64,000 bases of DNA from Entomortierella parvispora E1425 (Eukaryota > Fungi > Mortierellomycota): assembly GCA_020891255.1 (NCBI GenBank), contig LC659289.1:1-64000 (forward strand), written 5' to 3'. Shown here piece after piece: positions 44,183-55,023 of the stretch (its first letter is position 1; each line of letters starts with the position of its first letter). The position numbers and the translations under genes are program-made. The notes under the pieces were generated by a model, which was not told where the DNA came from, made no database searches, and was given only the letters and a program-made list of their open reading frames with translations.

Positions 44183-45000
44183 CTAATTATTTTTATAATT
44201 TAATTTAAAAGAATTATCTTTTAATTTATAAATAGTATTATTTTCATATTTTCTTATAATTATTTTAATAGAAGATTCTAAAGTTAAAGTTATTGCAGAT
44301 TTAGTAGGATAAATTACTTTTTGACCATTTTCAATGTTTGTACATATTATAATTACATCACCATAAGAAATTTGCATTTTTAAACGAGTTTTCTCTAATT
44401 GAGTAGTTCAAGTTCTATTAATTCTATAGATATTTTTTGTATATTTACTAATGTTTTTATTCTTTATTTTCTAATATTTCTATTGAATGAGCTTTATTGA
44501 ACATAGGATTTAATACCTTGTTATATTTATAAAAGTTTTTTTTCGTCCATTATTAATTCAATTATAGTTTTATTAATTAAAGTTTTTGCTTTTTCAAATT
44601 ATTGAGCTCCTAAAATTTTAAAAAGGAAGAGGAGAGTTTATTAAGGATGTTTAATAAAAATAAAATTAAAAATAAATTATTGTTCAGATAAAAATAGGAT
44701 TCATTTATTCTTATAAATTTTATTCTTATCAAGATAATAATAAATATTACGTATAGAACAATCAAAGTGTTTTGCAGCATCTAAATGAGAAAAAAGATTA
44801 AATTAGTTTAGTCTTTTAAGTTTATGAATTAAAGAAATAAATAGATATTTTTTACTTTTTGCTAAGGATATTAAAGCTTTTGTTTCAGCAGAATGGATTT
44901 CCTGAAAAAGGGGTATTTTCATCTGTTTTATCGAATATTTGATTATTAATTATTAATTGTTTTATAGTTATTAATCTTAGATTTTATCAATTATTATCAA
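44183..45000 (-). pseudogene. C-terminal GIY-YIG/NUMOD remnants
   Basis: HSAETKALISLAK and NPMFNK motifs; ORF fragment 44183-44377. Confidence 0.5.
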
Positions 45001-45087
45001 TCTATATGATAAGATATCAGCTTAATTGAACTAACAATTGTATAAATCCCTCTTTTAAGGGTGGTCATAAACTTTAATAATATTAAA

Positions 45088-45160
45088 GGCGATTATAGTT
45101 TAACGGTAGAACGATAGATTGTGGATCTATATATCAAGGTTCGAGCCCTTGTTTTCGCCC
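45088..45160 (+). tRNA. trnH: tRNA-His(GUG)
   Basis: ATAGA-TTGTGGA-TCTAT. Confidence 0.92.
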
Positions 45161-45374
45161 AAACTTACTTCATTAAAAAATTATTTTTTTTTTAGATCGG
45201 AAAATTTAAGTATAATTTCTTTTTAAAATTAAGATTTTATATACTTATAAAATATTGTTACTCCCTTTTACAAAGAGTCAGAAATTAAATATTTCTATTT
45301 CTAAAATTAACCAGACCAAGCTAGTTAATAAGTATTAAAAATCATTTAAATTAGGAATTTTAATTTTAAATTAA

Positions 45375-45447
45375 GCACTTGTAACTTAATTGGAAAAGTA
45401 TGAGTCTTCGAAACTTAGCAATAATAGTTCAAATCTATTCAAGTGTT
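45375..45447 (+). tRNA. trnR: tRNA-Arg(UCG), paralogue of trnR(UCU)
   Basis: TGAGT-CTTCGAA-ACTTA; first 27 nt identical to trnR(UCU). Confidence 0.88.
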
Positions 45448-45543
45448 TTTATATTTTATAATAAAAACAGATATTTAATGATATATATATATACTATATT
45501 AGTAAGTGGTCTGTGTAATTATTATAGTAATACTGATATATAA

Positions 45544-45614
45544 GCAGTTATAGGTAAATGGTATACCAGTGCTCTTCCAAAGCGATATTCCTTTTTCGAT
45601 TAAAGGTAACTGCA
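45544..45614 (+). tRNA. trnG: tRNA-Gly(UCC)
   Basis: Loop CTTCCAA, acceptor GCAGTTA/TAACTGC. Confidence 0.9.
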
Positions 45615-45794
45615 AACCTGGTTAGCTTTATAAAGTTCGTCCTTCCCTTAGCTCAGGATAGATATGATGATAAGTAAGGTCTCTAAATATATAAGTAAGT
45701 ATATTAATATATTTTACATAATCTCCTTTAGGGATAAAGCTCTTAAAAGGGTAAAAAGAGTTTAAACAGAGATAAAGAATTAATAAATAATAAA

Positions 45795-46793
45795 ATGATA
45801 ATTAATAATACGATGACAATTAATAGTACAATTAATTCATTATTAGAAGCATTAATTGTAATAGGACCTTTATTGGGTTCAATAGCTTACGTAACTATTG
45901 CTGAACGTAAAATAATGGGAAGCATGCAGCGTCGAATAGGACCAAACAAAGTTGGTTATTATGGATTATTGCAAGCATTTGCAGATGCTTTAAAATTATT
46001 AGTAAAAGAATTAGTTTTACCTTCAAATACTGATAAAATACTTTTTGTATTAGCACCTATGATTTCTTTAGTTTGTGGTTTATTAGTTTGGACTCTTATA
46101 CCATATGGAAAAGGTTTAGTAATAGCTGATTTTTCATTAGGAATTGTTACAATTTTAGCTATATCTTCAGTAGCAGCTTATGGAATTATTTTAGCAGGTT
46201 GGGCTTCAAATAATAAATATTCATTTATTGGTTCTTTACGAGCTACAGCTCAATTAATAAGTTATGAAGTAGTTTTTGGGTTAATAATTTTATTAGTAAT
46301 TTTTTTCGTAGGTTCATTTAATTTAACTACAATTATAGAATCTCAAAAAGCTATTTGGTATATTGTACCGTTATTTCCTATAGCATTAATGTTTTTAATA
46401 GCTATATTAGCCGAAAGTAATAGAGCACCTTTTGATTTACCAGAATCAGAATCAGAATTAACAGCAGGGTTTATGACTGAATATTCGGCATTTCCTTTTG
46501 TATTTTTCTTCTTAGCGGAATATGGTGCCATAGTTTTCTTAAGTACATTAAGTTCTATCTTATTTTTAGGAGGTTACTTAGTACCTGGTATCGAGTCAAA
46601 TGGTTTAATGACAGGTTTATCATTAGGATTTAAAACTTCTTTCATTTTATTCTTATTCATCTGGATAAGAGCAAGTTTCCCACGATTGAGGTACGATCAA
46701 CTTATGTCAAGTATTTGGTCTAAAATGCTTCCTATTGTTATAGCCTTTTCTATTTTAATCCCGTGTATCGTTAAAGCTTTTGAAATATATTAA
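45795..46793 (+). CDS. nad1: NADH dehydrogenase subunit 1 (start may be the second ATG)
   Basis: AERKIMGSMQRRIGPN, AESNRAPFDLPE, PRLRYDQLM. Confidence 0.98.
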   Translation: MIINNTMTINSTINSLLEALIVIGPLLGSIAYVTIAERKIMGSMQRRIGPNKVGYYGLLQAFADALKLLVKELVLPSNTDKILFVLAPMISLVCGLLVWTLIPYGKGLVIADFSLGIVTILAISSVAAYGIILAGWASNNKYSFIGSLRATAQLISYEVVFGLIILLVIFFVGSFNLTTIIESQKAIWYIVPLFPIALMFLIAILAESNRAPFDLPESESELTAGFMTEYSAFPFVFFFLAEYGAIVFLSTLSSILFLGGYLVPGIESNGLMTGLSLGFKTSFILFLFIWIRASFPRLRYDQLMSSIWSKMLPIVIAFSILIPCIVKAFEIY

Positions 46794-46814
46794 TTTATAA
46801 TCAAAACTTTTAAA

Positions 46815-46830
46815 TATACACCCCCCCTTT
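46815..46830 (+). terminator. Representative C-rich 3'-end motif, AA(C/A)(A/T)CCCCC; also at the ends of atp9, nad3, rns, cox1, atp6, atp8, nad5, cob, cox2, cox3, nad4, rps3 and ORF140
   Basis: Poly-C tracts are otherwise rare in this AT-rich DNA; C-rich cores define mt RNA 3' ends in Schizosaccharomyces and zygomycetes. Confidence 0.8.
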
Positions 46831-47821
46831 TTTCCGGATTTTAACAGTAGTACTATATATAAAATAGAGTTTAGTTTCATATAAAACAAATATAATTAGT
46901 CATAAAAAGATATAGGGTATTTCTTTATTTAATATCTTTCCTACTTGTTAATTATTAATTTATTAAAAAATTTAATTATAAATCTATTTTTTTTAATAGT
47001 ATTTTTATACTTATGTTATATGTTAGAGATTTAAAAAGAATTGTTAAAACAACACTATTATTTTAAATCTCTAATTTAATAATTTTTTCTTTTGTAAAAT
47101 AACCTAATTTCTTATTAAGATTAATTCTTATAATTTTTTAAAATGTAGACTTTGAAAAATCATAAAATTATTTAAATTATAATAAAGAGAATAAATTTAA
47201 TATTTAATTTTTAAACATGGTTTAATTTTTAAACATAGTTTATTTTTAATAAATTTATGAAATTTTCTTAAAATAATATTAAATTCATAAATTTAATTTA
47301 TACTGAAAATTATAGTTTATTCAATATATATCTCTAATATATTAATAAATATTATATAAGGTTTAGTATTAATTTAAAACATCGTTTTTATTATTATTAT
47401 TTTCTTTATGTTTTAGAATATTGTGATGTTAAAAATTAATTTTATAAGAACAATATTATATAGATTTACTAATTTCTCATATTATATTTATTTTACAGTT
47501 AATTTATAATTAGGTTACAAATATAATAAAGATTTTAAAAGTATATAAAAAATATAATAATACGCCATATTAAGAATGATAAGTTATTATAGATAAATGA
47601 ATTTTCCACATTTATTTTTAATTTAATTTTAAAACAAGACAAGGATATTTAATTCTTATTTATAATAGGATTATAATATTATAATAGGATTATAATTTTA
47701 TACTTAATGACTAAAATAAAGATACTAATTTTATAAATTTATAAACTCTTCTTTCCCTTTAATAAAATTATTATTAATAATTTTAAAATTTAATTTTAAA
47801 ATAAATGGTTATAATATAATT

Positions 47822-48000
47822 TTATCGTTATTAATACTTAATTATTAAATATTATTTTTATACAAAATTTTTTTATTTAAATATTATTAGAATTATTAAA
47901 TATATTCTTAATTGCTCATTGTGATATAACAGAGCCATGGGAATTATTATTTCAAGATGATGCATCATCTTTTGAAGGAATTGTAGATTTTCATTTTAAT
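47822..48000 (+). pseudogene. Decayed copy of cox2 leader and first ~35 codons
   Basis: CD.TEPW...FQDDASSFEGIVDFH resembles Cox2 [26 protein letters not shown]; leader matches 48692-48760. Confidence 0.85.
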
Positions 48001-48059
48001 TCTAAAATTAATTATGATTATTTAGCCTTTATTTCAAGATTTAGAAATTTTACAAGTAA

Positions 48060-48480
48060 TAATTCTCAAATGTATATAATAATGATATTAATAAATTAAA
48101 CTCTAATTCTGTAATAGATTTTACTGATGCTAAGGATTGTTTTCAATAAAAATTATTAAAGTAAATCATATAGTACAGGTTGATAAATACAAGTTGTATT
48201 TTTAATAAGACTTTATGTTAAAAATATAGAAGTTTTATATAAAATAAAGGAATACTTTAAAGATGTCGGTCGAATAAAAAAAGTATTAACTCAATAAGTT
48301 ATTAATCCAGAAATTACGAAATTAGATAATTTAGTTAATGTTACAATTCCACATTTTAAAAAATATCTTTTACAATCAGTCAAAGGAATTAACTTAATAA
48401 TTTCATCATTTGGACTAAAATAATAGAACTATAACAAATAGAGTTCATTTAACAGAGAAAGGTAGAGTTAAATTAAGAGA
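48060..48480 (+). pseudogene. LAGLIDADG remnant between the cox2 5' copy and cox2
   Basis: DFTDAK.CF resembles GFTDAEGCF; IPHFKKY.LQSVK motif. Confidence 0.6.
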
Positions 48481-48752
48481 ATTAAAATCTTTTTTAAATA
48501 AAGATTAATTTAAAAGTTTTTATTGTAAGCAAGATATATCAAGTATGTTTATTTAATATAATTTTATTATTGATTAATAAATACCCCTTCTCACGGATCT
48601 ATTTCATGGTTCTCTAATCTTATTAACAGATAAATAATAATGAATAGTTAAATTCATATTTATACTAGACTTTTATTTAAAGCGGCTATGACCGTTATCA
48701 ATACTTAATTATTAAGTATTATTTTTTTGTACGAAACTTTTTTTTTTTAATT

Positions 48753-49788
48753 ATGTTATCAAATTTTTTATTTAAATTATTACCCACTGTTAATTGTGAC
48801 GTAGCTGAACCGTGGCAATTATCTTTCCAAGATGGTGCATCACCATCTTTTGAAGGAATTGTAGATCTTCATGACCAAATAATGTTTTATTTAGTAATAA
48901 TTGTTATTGGAGTATCTTGGATGTTAGGTATAATTATAGTTAAATTCAATACAGCTAAAAATCCTATTGTATACAAATATTTTACACATGGTACAGTTAT
49001 AGAATTAATCTGGACTGTAACTCCTGCATTTGTATTAGTTGCAATAGCATTTCCAAGTTTTAGATTATTATATCTTATGGATGAAGTAATAGATCCTGCA
49101 ATTACTGTTAAAGCTGTAGGTTCTCAATGGTTCTGGAGTTATGAATATTCTGATTATATTTCAGATTCTGGAGAACCAATAGCTTTTGATAGTTTTATGG
49201 TACCTGAAGCTGATTTAGAAGAAGGTCAATTTAGATTACTTGAAGTAGATAATAGAGTAGTATTACCTGTTGATACACATGTAAGATTTATATTAACAGG
49301 AAGTGACGTTATTCATTCTTTTGCCGTACCAGCTCTAGGTCTTAAATTAGATGCAATCCCAGGACGGTTGAACCAAACTTCAACGTTTATTAACAGAGAA
49401 GGTTTATTCTACGGACAATGTTCAGAGATTTGTGGTGTAAACCATGGGTAAAAAAAAGCCCCTTAAAATAGTAATATTTTAATGCAAATAGGGAAAATTG
49501 CAAGGACATCCATAAATGGACAATTTGCAGCGGAGCGTATATCAGTGTTTAAAAGGTATACGAACGTTCAACGACTAATCGGTGAGCCACACTAGCAATA
49601 AACCGGACACGATAACCCTACAACCAATTATTATAATTAACTGGTTGATGACATAGTCTAAGCCAATAGGTAACTATTGGAGGATAAAGCTAAACACTTT
49701 ATCGATAATAATAACTGTTATGCCAATTGTGATTGAGGCTGTTTCTTTAGAGAAATATATGGCCTGGCTTAACGAGCAATTAAGCTAA
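48753..49788 (+). CDS. cox2: Cytochrome c oxidase subunit 2; exons 48753-49449 and 49718-49788
   Basis: Join gives [15 protein letters not shown] (CuA ligands); ends AWLNEQLS*. Confidence 0.95.
49450..49717 (+). mobile_element. ORF-less 268-nt group I intron in cox2
   Basis: Follows T, ends in G; GTTCAACGACTA and GATGACATAGTCTA core shared with cox1 intron 4. Confidence 0.9.
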
Positions 49789-49983
49789 ACTCCCCCCCCC
49801 CTTTGACTTTTTATAGTGTTATAGGATTACTCTAAAAATTTAAAGATTTCTATCTTAATATGTAATTACATAAAGACATAGAAATAAATAATATTCATAT
49901 CTTTTAAAATCAAAAATTATTAAAAGAGGATAATATTTAATTAAAAATAATTTAGAAAGTAAGTTCGATTCTTACATCTGGAT

Positions 49984-50165
49984 ATAAATATCAAGGGAGG
50001 CGTAATCGCCACTCGTCCTAGTCTGATTTTATAGTTTTATTTAACTATATTGGTCCGGATAATCAAAGCTTTGATCTATCATAGGCTGAGATTTTTTATT
50101 TGAAAAAAAACTAGGAAAGTTATATTTAACATGGACTAAATTAGGATTAAAGAGGGAAAACAATA
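49984..50165. repeat. 182-bp perfect inverted repeat of 59912-60093 (trnT-rps3 leader)
   Basis: Base-by-base reverse-complement identity. Confidence 0.95.
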
Positions 50166-50714
50166 CTTAATATATAATGAAAAATAAAAAAATTTAAAAA
50201 ATTTTAATTAATTAACTAAAAAAATAATAATCTGAATTTACTTATACTTTTTGTTTATTTGTGATAAATTAATTTTTAATTTATTATATTTATTAAATGA
50301 TATCTAAACCTTTTTAATTAAATGTGGAATTTTTTGAATATGTTAAATATGTTTAGAATAAGCTAAGTAAATTTTTATGGAATATTAATAAGGAATATTC
50401 TTTTCATTATCATGATGTGAAACACATTTTAAAATTGTTTATAAAATAAAACATTATTTATAAAAAGTTAAGTTAACTAAAAAATTAATGAATTTTATAT
50501 ATACTTTAGCGAAAATAGAAATATTCTTAAAAATGTTTTTTAAACTATAATTAGAAAGATGTACTATCATTTATGGTAAAATGAATTTTTTTGCCTGTTT
50601 TTTAGTAACTATTTCTTTAAAAATAGATTAATTCTTCTTTAAATCTTAGTTAGAATTTGTTTATTAATTAAGTTTTGTTTTTAAAAATAATAAGACTTTT
50701 TCACGATCATGGTA

Positions 50715-50786
50715 TGGAGACAAAAAGACTCGAACTTTTCTCTTTGGTATGCAAAACCAATATATTACCAGATATACGATGTCCCC
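50715..50786 (-). tRNA. trnA: tRNA-Ala(UGC)
   Basis: TTGGT-TTTGCAT-ACCAA. Confidence 0.92.
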
Positions 50787-50940
50787 ATATTTATTATGAT
50801 GTAAATTACCCTCTAGAATTAATTATTTCTATTAAAATTAAATTTACATTTTTACTACTTTTATTTTGAAATTAAATTTGTTAAAAATTAACATTTCATC
50901 TTTTTTATTATTTGGGTTAGATAGTATAAATGAATATTTT

Positions 50941-51023
50941 TATGGGTAGTGAGACTTGAACTCACATGATAATAAATCAAGTTAGCCTAAATAACTCGCG
51001 TAAACCAATTCCGCCTTACCCAT
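50941..51023 (-). tRNA. trnL: tRNA-Leu(UAG)
   Basis: AGTTA-TTTAGGC-TAACT, long variable arm. Confidence 0.92.
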
Positions 51024-51202
51024 ATTTATATGTTATATCTGTTTACACCTACTTTATTAGAAAAGATATTAAAATAATTTTTATTCTTAATTTTACTAAT
51101 AAGAATATTTTTTATATAAAAGATAATAGTTTAATTAGTAAAGTGTTCGATTCTAAATAGCTTATTTACAATTTAATTCTTCTTACCTTAAACAAAAAAA
51201 AA

Positions 51203-52230
51203 TGATAATATTCGAATTAATTACTTTAGTACTGTCTATATCGTTAATTTATAATTATTTGTTAACAATCTTAGTCACAGATTTGCTTTTTATATAATCT
51301 CTATTCTTATATTATATCTCGGAGATTTATTGAGGGTTATTTTAAACAATTTTATTTTCTCTAATTTCTCCAATCTCGGGTAATTTTCTTTAATAGAAAA
51401 ATTTGATATATTAATATTATATACTTCACCTTTTCAAAATAGTTTTTATTAGTACTTATAATGGTTTATTCTAATGGAAAAATAGATAAATTACGAATTT
51501 TATCTAATAGTAAAGGTCTTGCTGAAATATATCTATGGACTCATAAAGTGTCAAGTAAAAAATATATTGGTAGTGTAGTAGATCTATCTAAACGATTAGA
51601 ATCTTATTATGTATTTTCATCGCTAAAATAAAAAAATATTTGTATTTTTAAAGCTATAATTTCACATAGTCATTTGACCTTCAGTTATTTATTATAGAAT
51701 ATGTATATATATTCGTATCTAACTTATTTAATATAAAAATACGTTTATTGATTCTTTCTAGAGAATAAATAAATTTAGATAAAATGTTTTTAGAAGATAA
51801 TCAGATTCTTATAACATACTAAAGATAGCTGGCTCTCCGTTAGGTTACAAACATATAGAAAAAGCTTTAGAAAAATTTAGAAGTAAAATTATCCTTTATT
51901 TGGTAAATCTTGTTTACCTGAAACTCAAATTAGGATTAACAAAACAATTATAAGTAAAACTCATTCTGTTGAAACTAAAGTTTTAATTAGAAAAGTAGGT
52001 AAAGTAAATATATTTCGGCTGAAACCAAAGCTTTGATGTCTTTAGTAAAATATAAAACTATATTTGTTTATACTTTAGATACTGATTCTAAAAATATAAC
52101 TTTATATAAATTATTTAATTCTTGTACAGATACTGCAAAACACTTTGATTGTTCTACACGTACTTTATCTAGATATTTAGATAAAAATATATTATACAAA
52201 GATTAATAGATATTGTTATCATCCTTAATT
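51203..52230 (+). pseudogene. nad2 5' fragment followed by a degenerate GIY-YIG of the ORF283 family
   Basis: ACAATCTTAGTCACAGATTTGCTTTT and GAGGGTTATTTTAAACAA similar to nad2; then IYLWTHKVSSKKYIGSVVDLS. Confidence 0.75.
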
Positions 52231-52276
52231 AAGAGTAAATAGTTTAAAAACTGTCTCTATAATATAATAATATATT

Positions 52277-52349
52277 AGGATGATAGTTTAATTGGTTAAA
52301 GCAGTCGACTCCAAACCGACAAATGGAGGTTCAAGTCTTCCTCGTCCTG
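52277..52349 (+). tRNA. trnW: tRNA-Trp(CCA)
   Basis: GTCGA-CTCCAAA-CCGAC; consistent with TGG-only Trp usage. Confidence 0.92.
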
Positions 52350-52640
52350 CAATAGGTTTATTTTTCTAATTTCAACAAATAGAGTTAATTAATTAATTAA
52401 ATAGGTAACTGACTTAAGCAAACGTGATAGTCTATTTTTATCTTTTTATTATTAATAATAACAGGATTATTTTCTATTTGAAATATAATCAGTTTCATAT
52501 TTAGTGTATTAGATAAAATCAATATAAAATTGTTAAGTGTAAAATTACTATAGAGATATCTATGAGAATTTCTTAAAATCAATATTCTTTCAATTAAAAT
52601 TAAGAGTTATGGTTATTATGGGATTTATATTATAATTAAT

Positions 52641-53438
52641 ATGCAAAAAACTATACAATCACATCCTTTCCATTTAGTAGAACCTTCACCTTGGCCGTTA
52701 GCGGCTTCATTAGCATTATTAACTACAACACTTAGTGGTGTTATGTATTTTAATAATTATGCAAATGGTGGTTTATTATTAACATTAGGTTTAATTTCTA
52801 CTGTATTATCTATGAGTCTTTGGTTTAGAGATATAATAATAGAAGGAACCTTTCAAGGATCTCATACTTCTAAAGTACAACAAGGATTAACATTAGGATT
52901 TATTTTATTCGTAATTTCTGAAGTATTTTTCTTTATTTCTCTTTTCTGGGCTTTCTTCCATTCAGCTTTAAGTCCTACAGTGGAATTAGGTTGTATGTGG
53001 CCTCCAGCAGGTATTCAAGTTATGAACCCTTGGGAAGTTCCTTTATTAAATACAGTTTTATTATTATCTTCAGGGGCTACTGTAACTTTAGCTCATCATG
53101 GATTAATACAAGGTAATAGAAAATTCACTATTTATGGACTTATTGCTACTATAATTTTAGCAATACTTTTCACAGGATTCCAAGGATTCGAATATATTAA
53201 TGCTCCTTTCACAATCGCAGATTCTGTTTATGGTAGTACATTCTATTTTACAACAGGATTTCATGGATTTCATGTACTTATTGGTACAATATTTATAGCT
53301 GTAGGTTTATATAGAGTTATAAATTATCATTTTACTGATTTCCATCACGTAGGGTTAGAAGCTGCAATTATATATTGGCATTTTGTTGATATTGTGTGGT
53401 TATTAGTGTTCATTTTCTTCTATTATTGGGGTTCATAA
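52641..53438 (+). CDS. cox3: Cytochrome c oxidase subunit 3
   Basis: HPFHLVEPSPWP, TGFHGFHV, YWHFVDIVW. Confidence 0.99.
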   Translation: MQKTIQSHPFHLVEPSPWPLAASLALLTTTLSGVMYFNNYANGGLLLTLGLISTVLSMSLWFRDIIIEGTFQGSHTSKVQQGLTLGFILFVISEVFFFISLFWAFFHSALSPTVELGCMWPPAGIQVMNPWEVPLLNTVLLLSSGATVTLAHHGLIQGNRKFTIYGLIATIILAILFTGFQGFEYINAPFTIADSVYGSTFYFTTGFHGFHVLIGTIFIAVGLYRVINYHFTDFHHVGLEAAIIYWHFVDIVWLLVFIFFYYWGS

Positions 53439-54479
53439 TAACCCAACTAATAAAACTCCCCCCTATTTTATATATATCTAATAAAATATTAAGTCTCTTT
53501 ATGATAATTAAGCTTATAGAGTTTAGTTATTATTTTATTGTATCTATAATATTTAGAAAGGATGGGATAAAGCTACTTTACATATTATCCTAGATAAAAA
53601 ATATAAAGAATATTTTTATATAGAAGAAAGGATAATACTAATATAAATTTTATGTTTAAAGCATTTTTCAAATTTTTGAATAAAAATTTTTTAAATAAAT
53701 AAAATGACTAAGACATTTTAAATTAATTATTATTTGAAATATTAATAATAATTTATCCAAATATTAATAATAATTTATCCAAACATTAAGAATTAATTAT
53801 TAATATTTGGAATATAACCAAAATATTAAGAATATAACTAGGATATTTCTAAATATATAATAATATTAATTAAGATTTTGTTGGAAACTTATTAATATAG
53901 AATGAAAATTTTTAATATTCCGTATATATTTTTATATTTAGTTATAAATATTTTTCTGAATCTATAAAGTTTATAATTAGTTTTTGAATTTAAAAATTAA
54001 TTATTATAGAATCTTAATATTTTTTGATTGAGAATTTTTAGACTGTAAATTATTTTTATTTAAAATTAAAATGGGTAAAATTTAATACTAATTTAAAAGA
54101 AGGAGGTATTTATACAATTTATCATAATGTATATTTATTGTGTATATTTCCCTACAATAATTCTGAATAATTAAATCTTAATTATGTATTAATCTTGTTG
54201 AATTGAATATAACATCCATTGGTTTTTATATAATTAATTTTTATTTAAATAATATGATATTATTTTAGTATTATATTCAAAGAGTTTAGTAGCATCCCTA
54301 TCAGTATTAAAAGATTTATATGGTATAGTTTCTTGAGTTTCTGAATTAAAATAATAAAAAAATAATCCTTTTAATAAAAAATATATTTTTTTTTTATTAA
54401 TTTAGCAATTCTTAATTTCACACAAGTTTTATAGAAGGTGATTTATTATAACTAGAGTTTTTATCTTGTCGAACTAAGC

Positions 54480-54960
54480 TAATTAAAATTTTGGTTTCAT
54501 CTAAGTGATTTTCACTGAATATTCTATTTCCTTCTTTTCTTTATGAGTTGCCTAATTTTAGCATGGATTTTTTGTTAGTATACAATTTGTTGGAGAACCT
54601 GTTTCAGTAAAAATATTATATTATGGTTTATGCTGGTTTAAATATCTTTGTTTATTGTTAATAGTACTTCTTTATTTTTAATAATAAATTCTTTAATAAC
54701 TAATTTAAACCCTTTTCAAGAGTATATTAACTATTTCTTTTCTCTATATAATAAAAGTATATGAGTATAATTAAGATTAGAATCAACTCTAACATAGTAT
54801 CGGATTCTTTCCCATAAATTTATAGAAGAATCTATATAAGTTTTGGAAGGATCCTCTTTATTTATAAATTGATAAATTCCGCATTTTCCTTTAAGGTCTT
54901 TTTGTATTTAAGATTGAGAACTAATAATATTTTCATAAATATATAATGGGTTTATTAAAT
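54480..54960 (-). pseudogene. GIY-YIG remnant downstream of nad4
   Basis: KGKCGIYQFINKEDPSKTYI motif. Confidence 0.65.
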
Positions 54961-55023
54961 TAGATTTCTCTTTATTAAATTCTTCTTTATTTTTATTTAA
55001 TAAGATAAAAGCGAGGAATAAAC

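Noticed and set aside
50675-51160. 64-aa ORFs at 50675 and 50966
   Set aside because: Antisense to trnA and trnL
47660-53790. Short AT-rich tandem duplications (47661, 53741; also 16610)
   Set aside because: Ordinary slippage repeats; not CRISPR-like, no spacers
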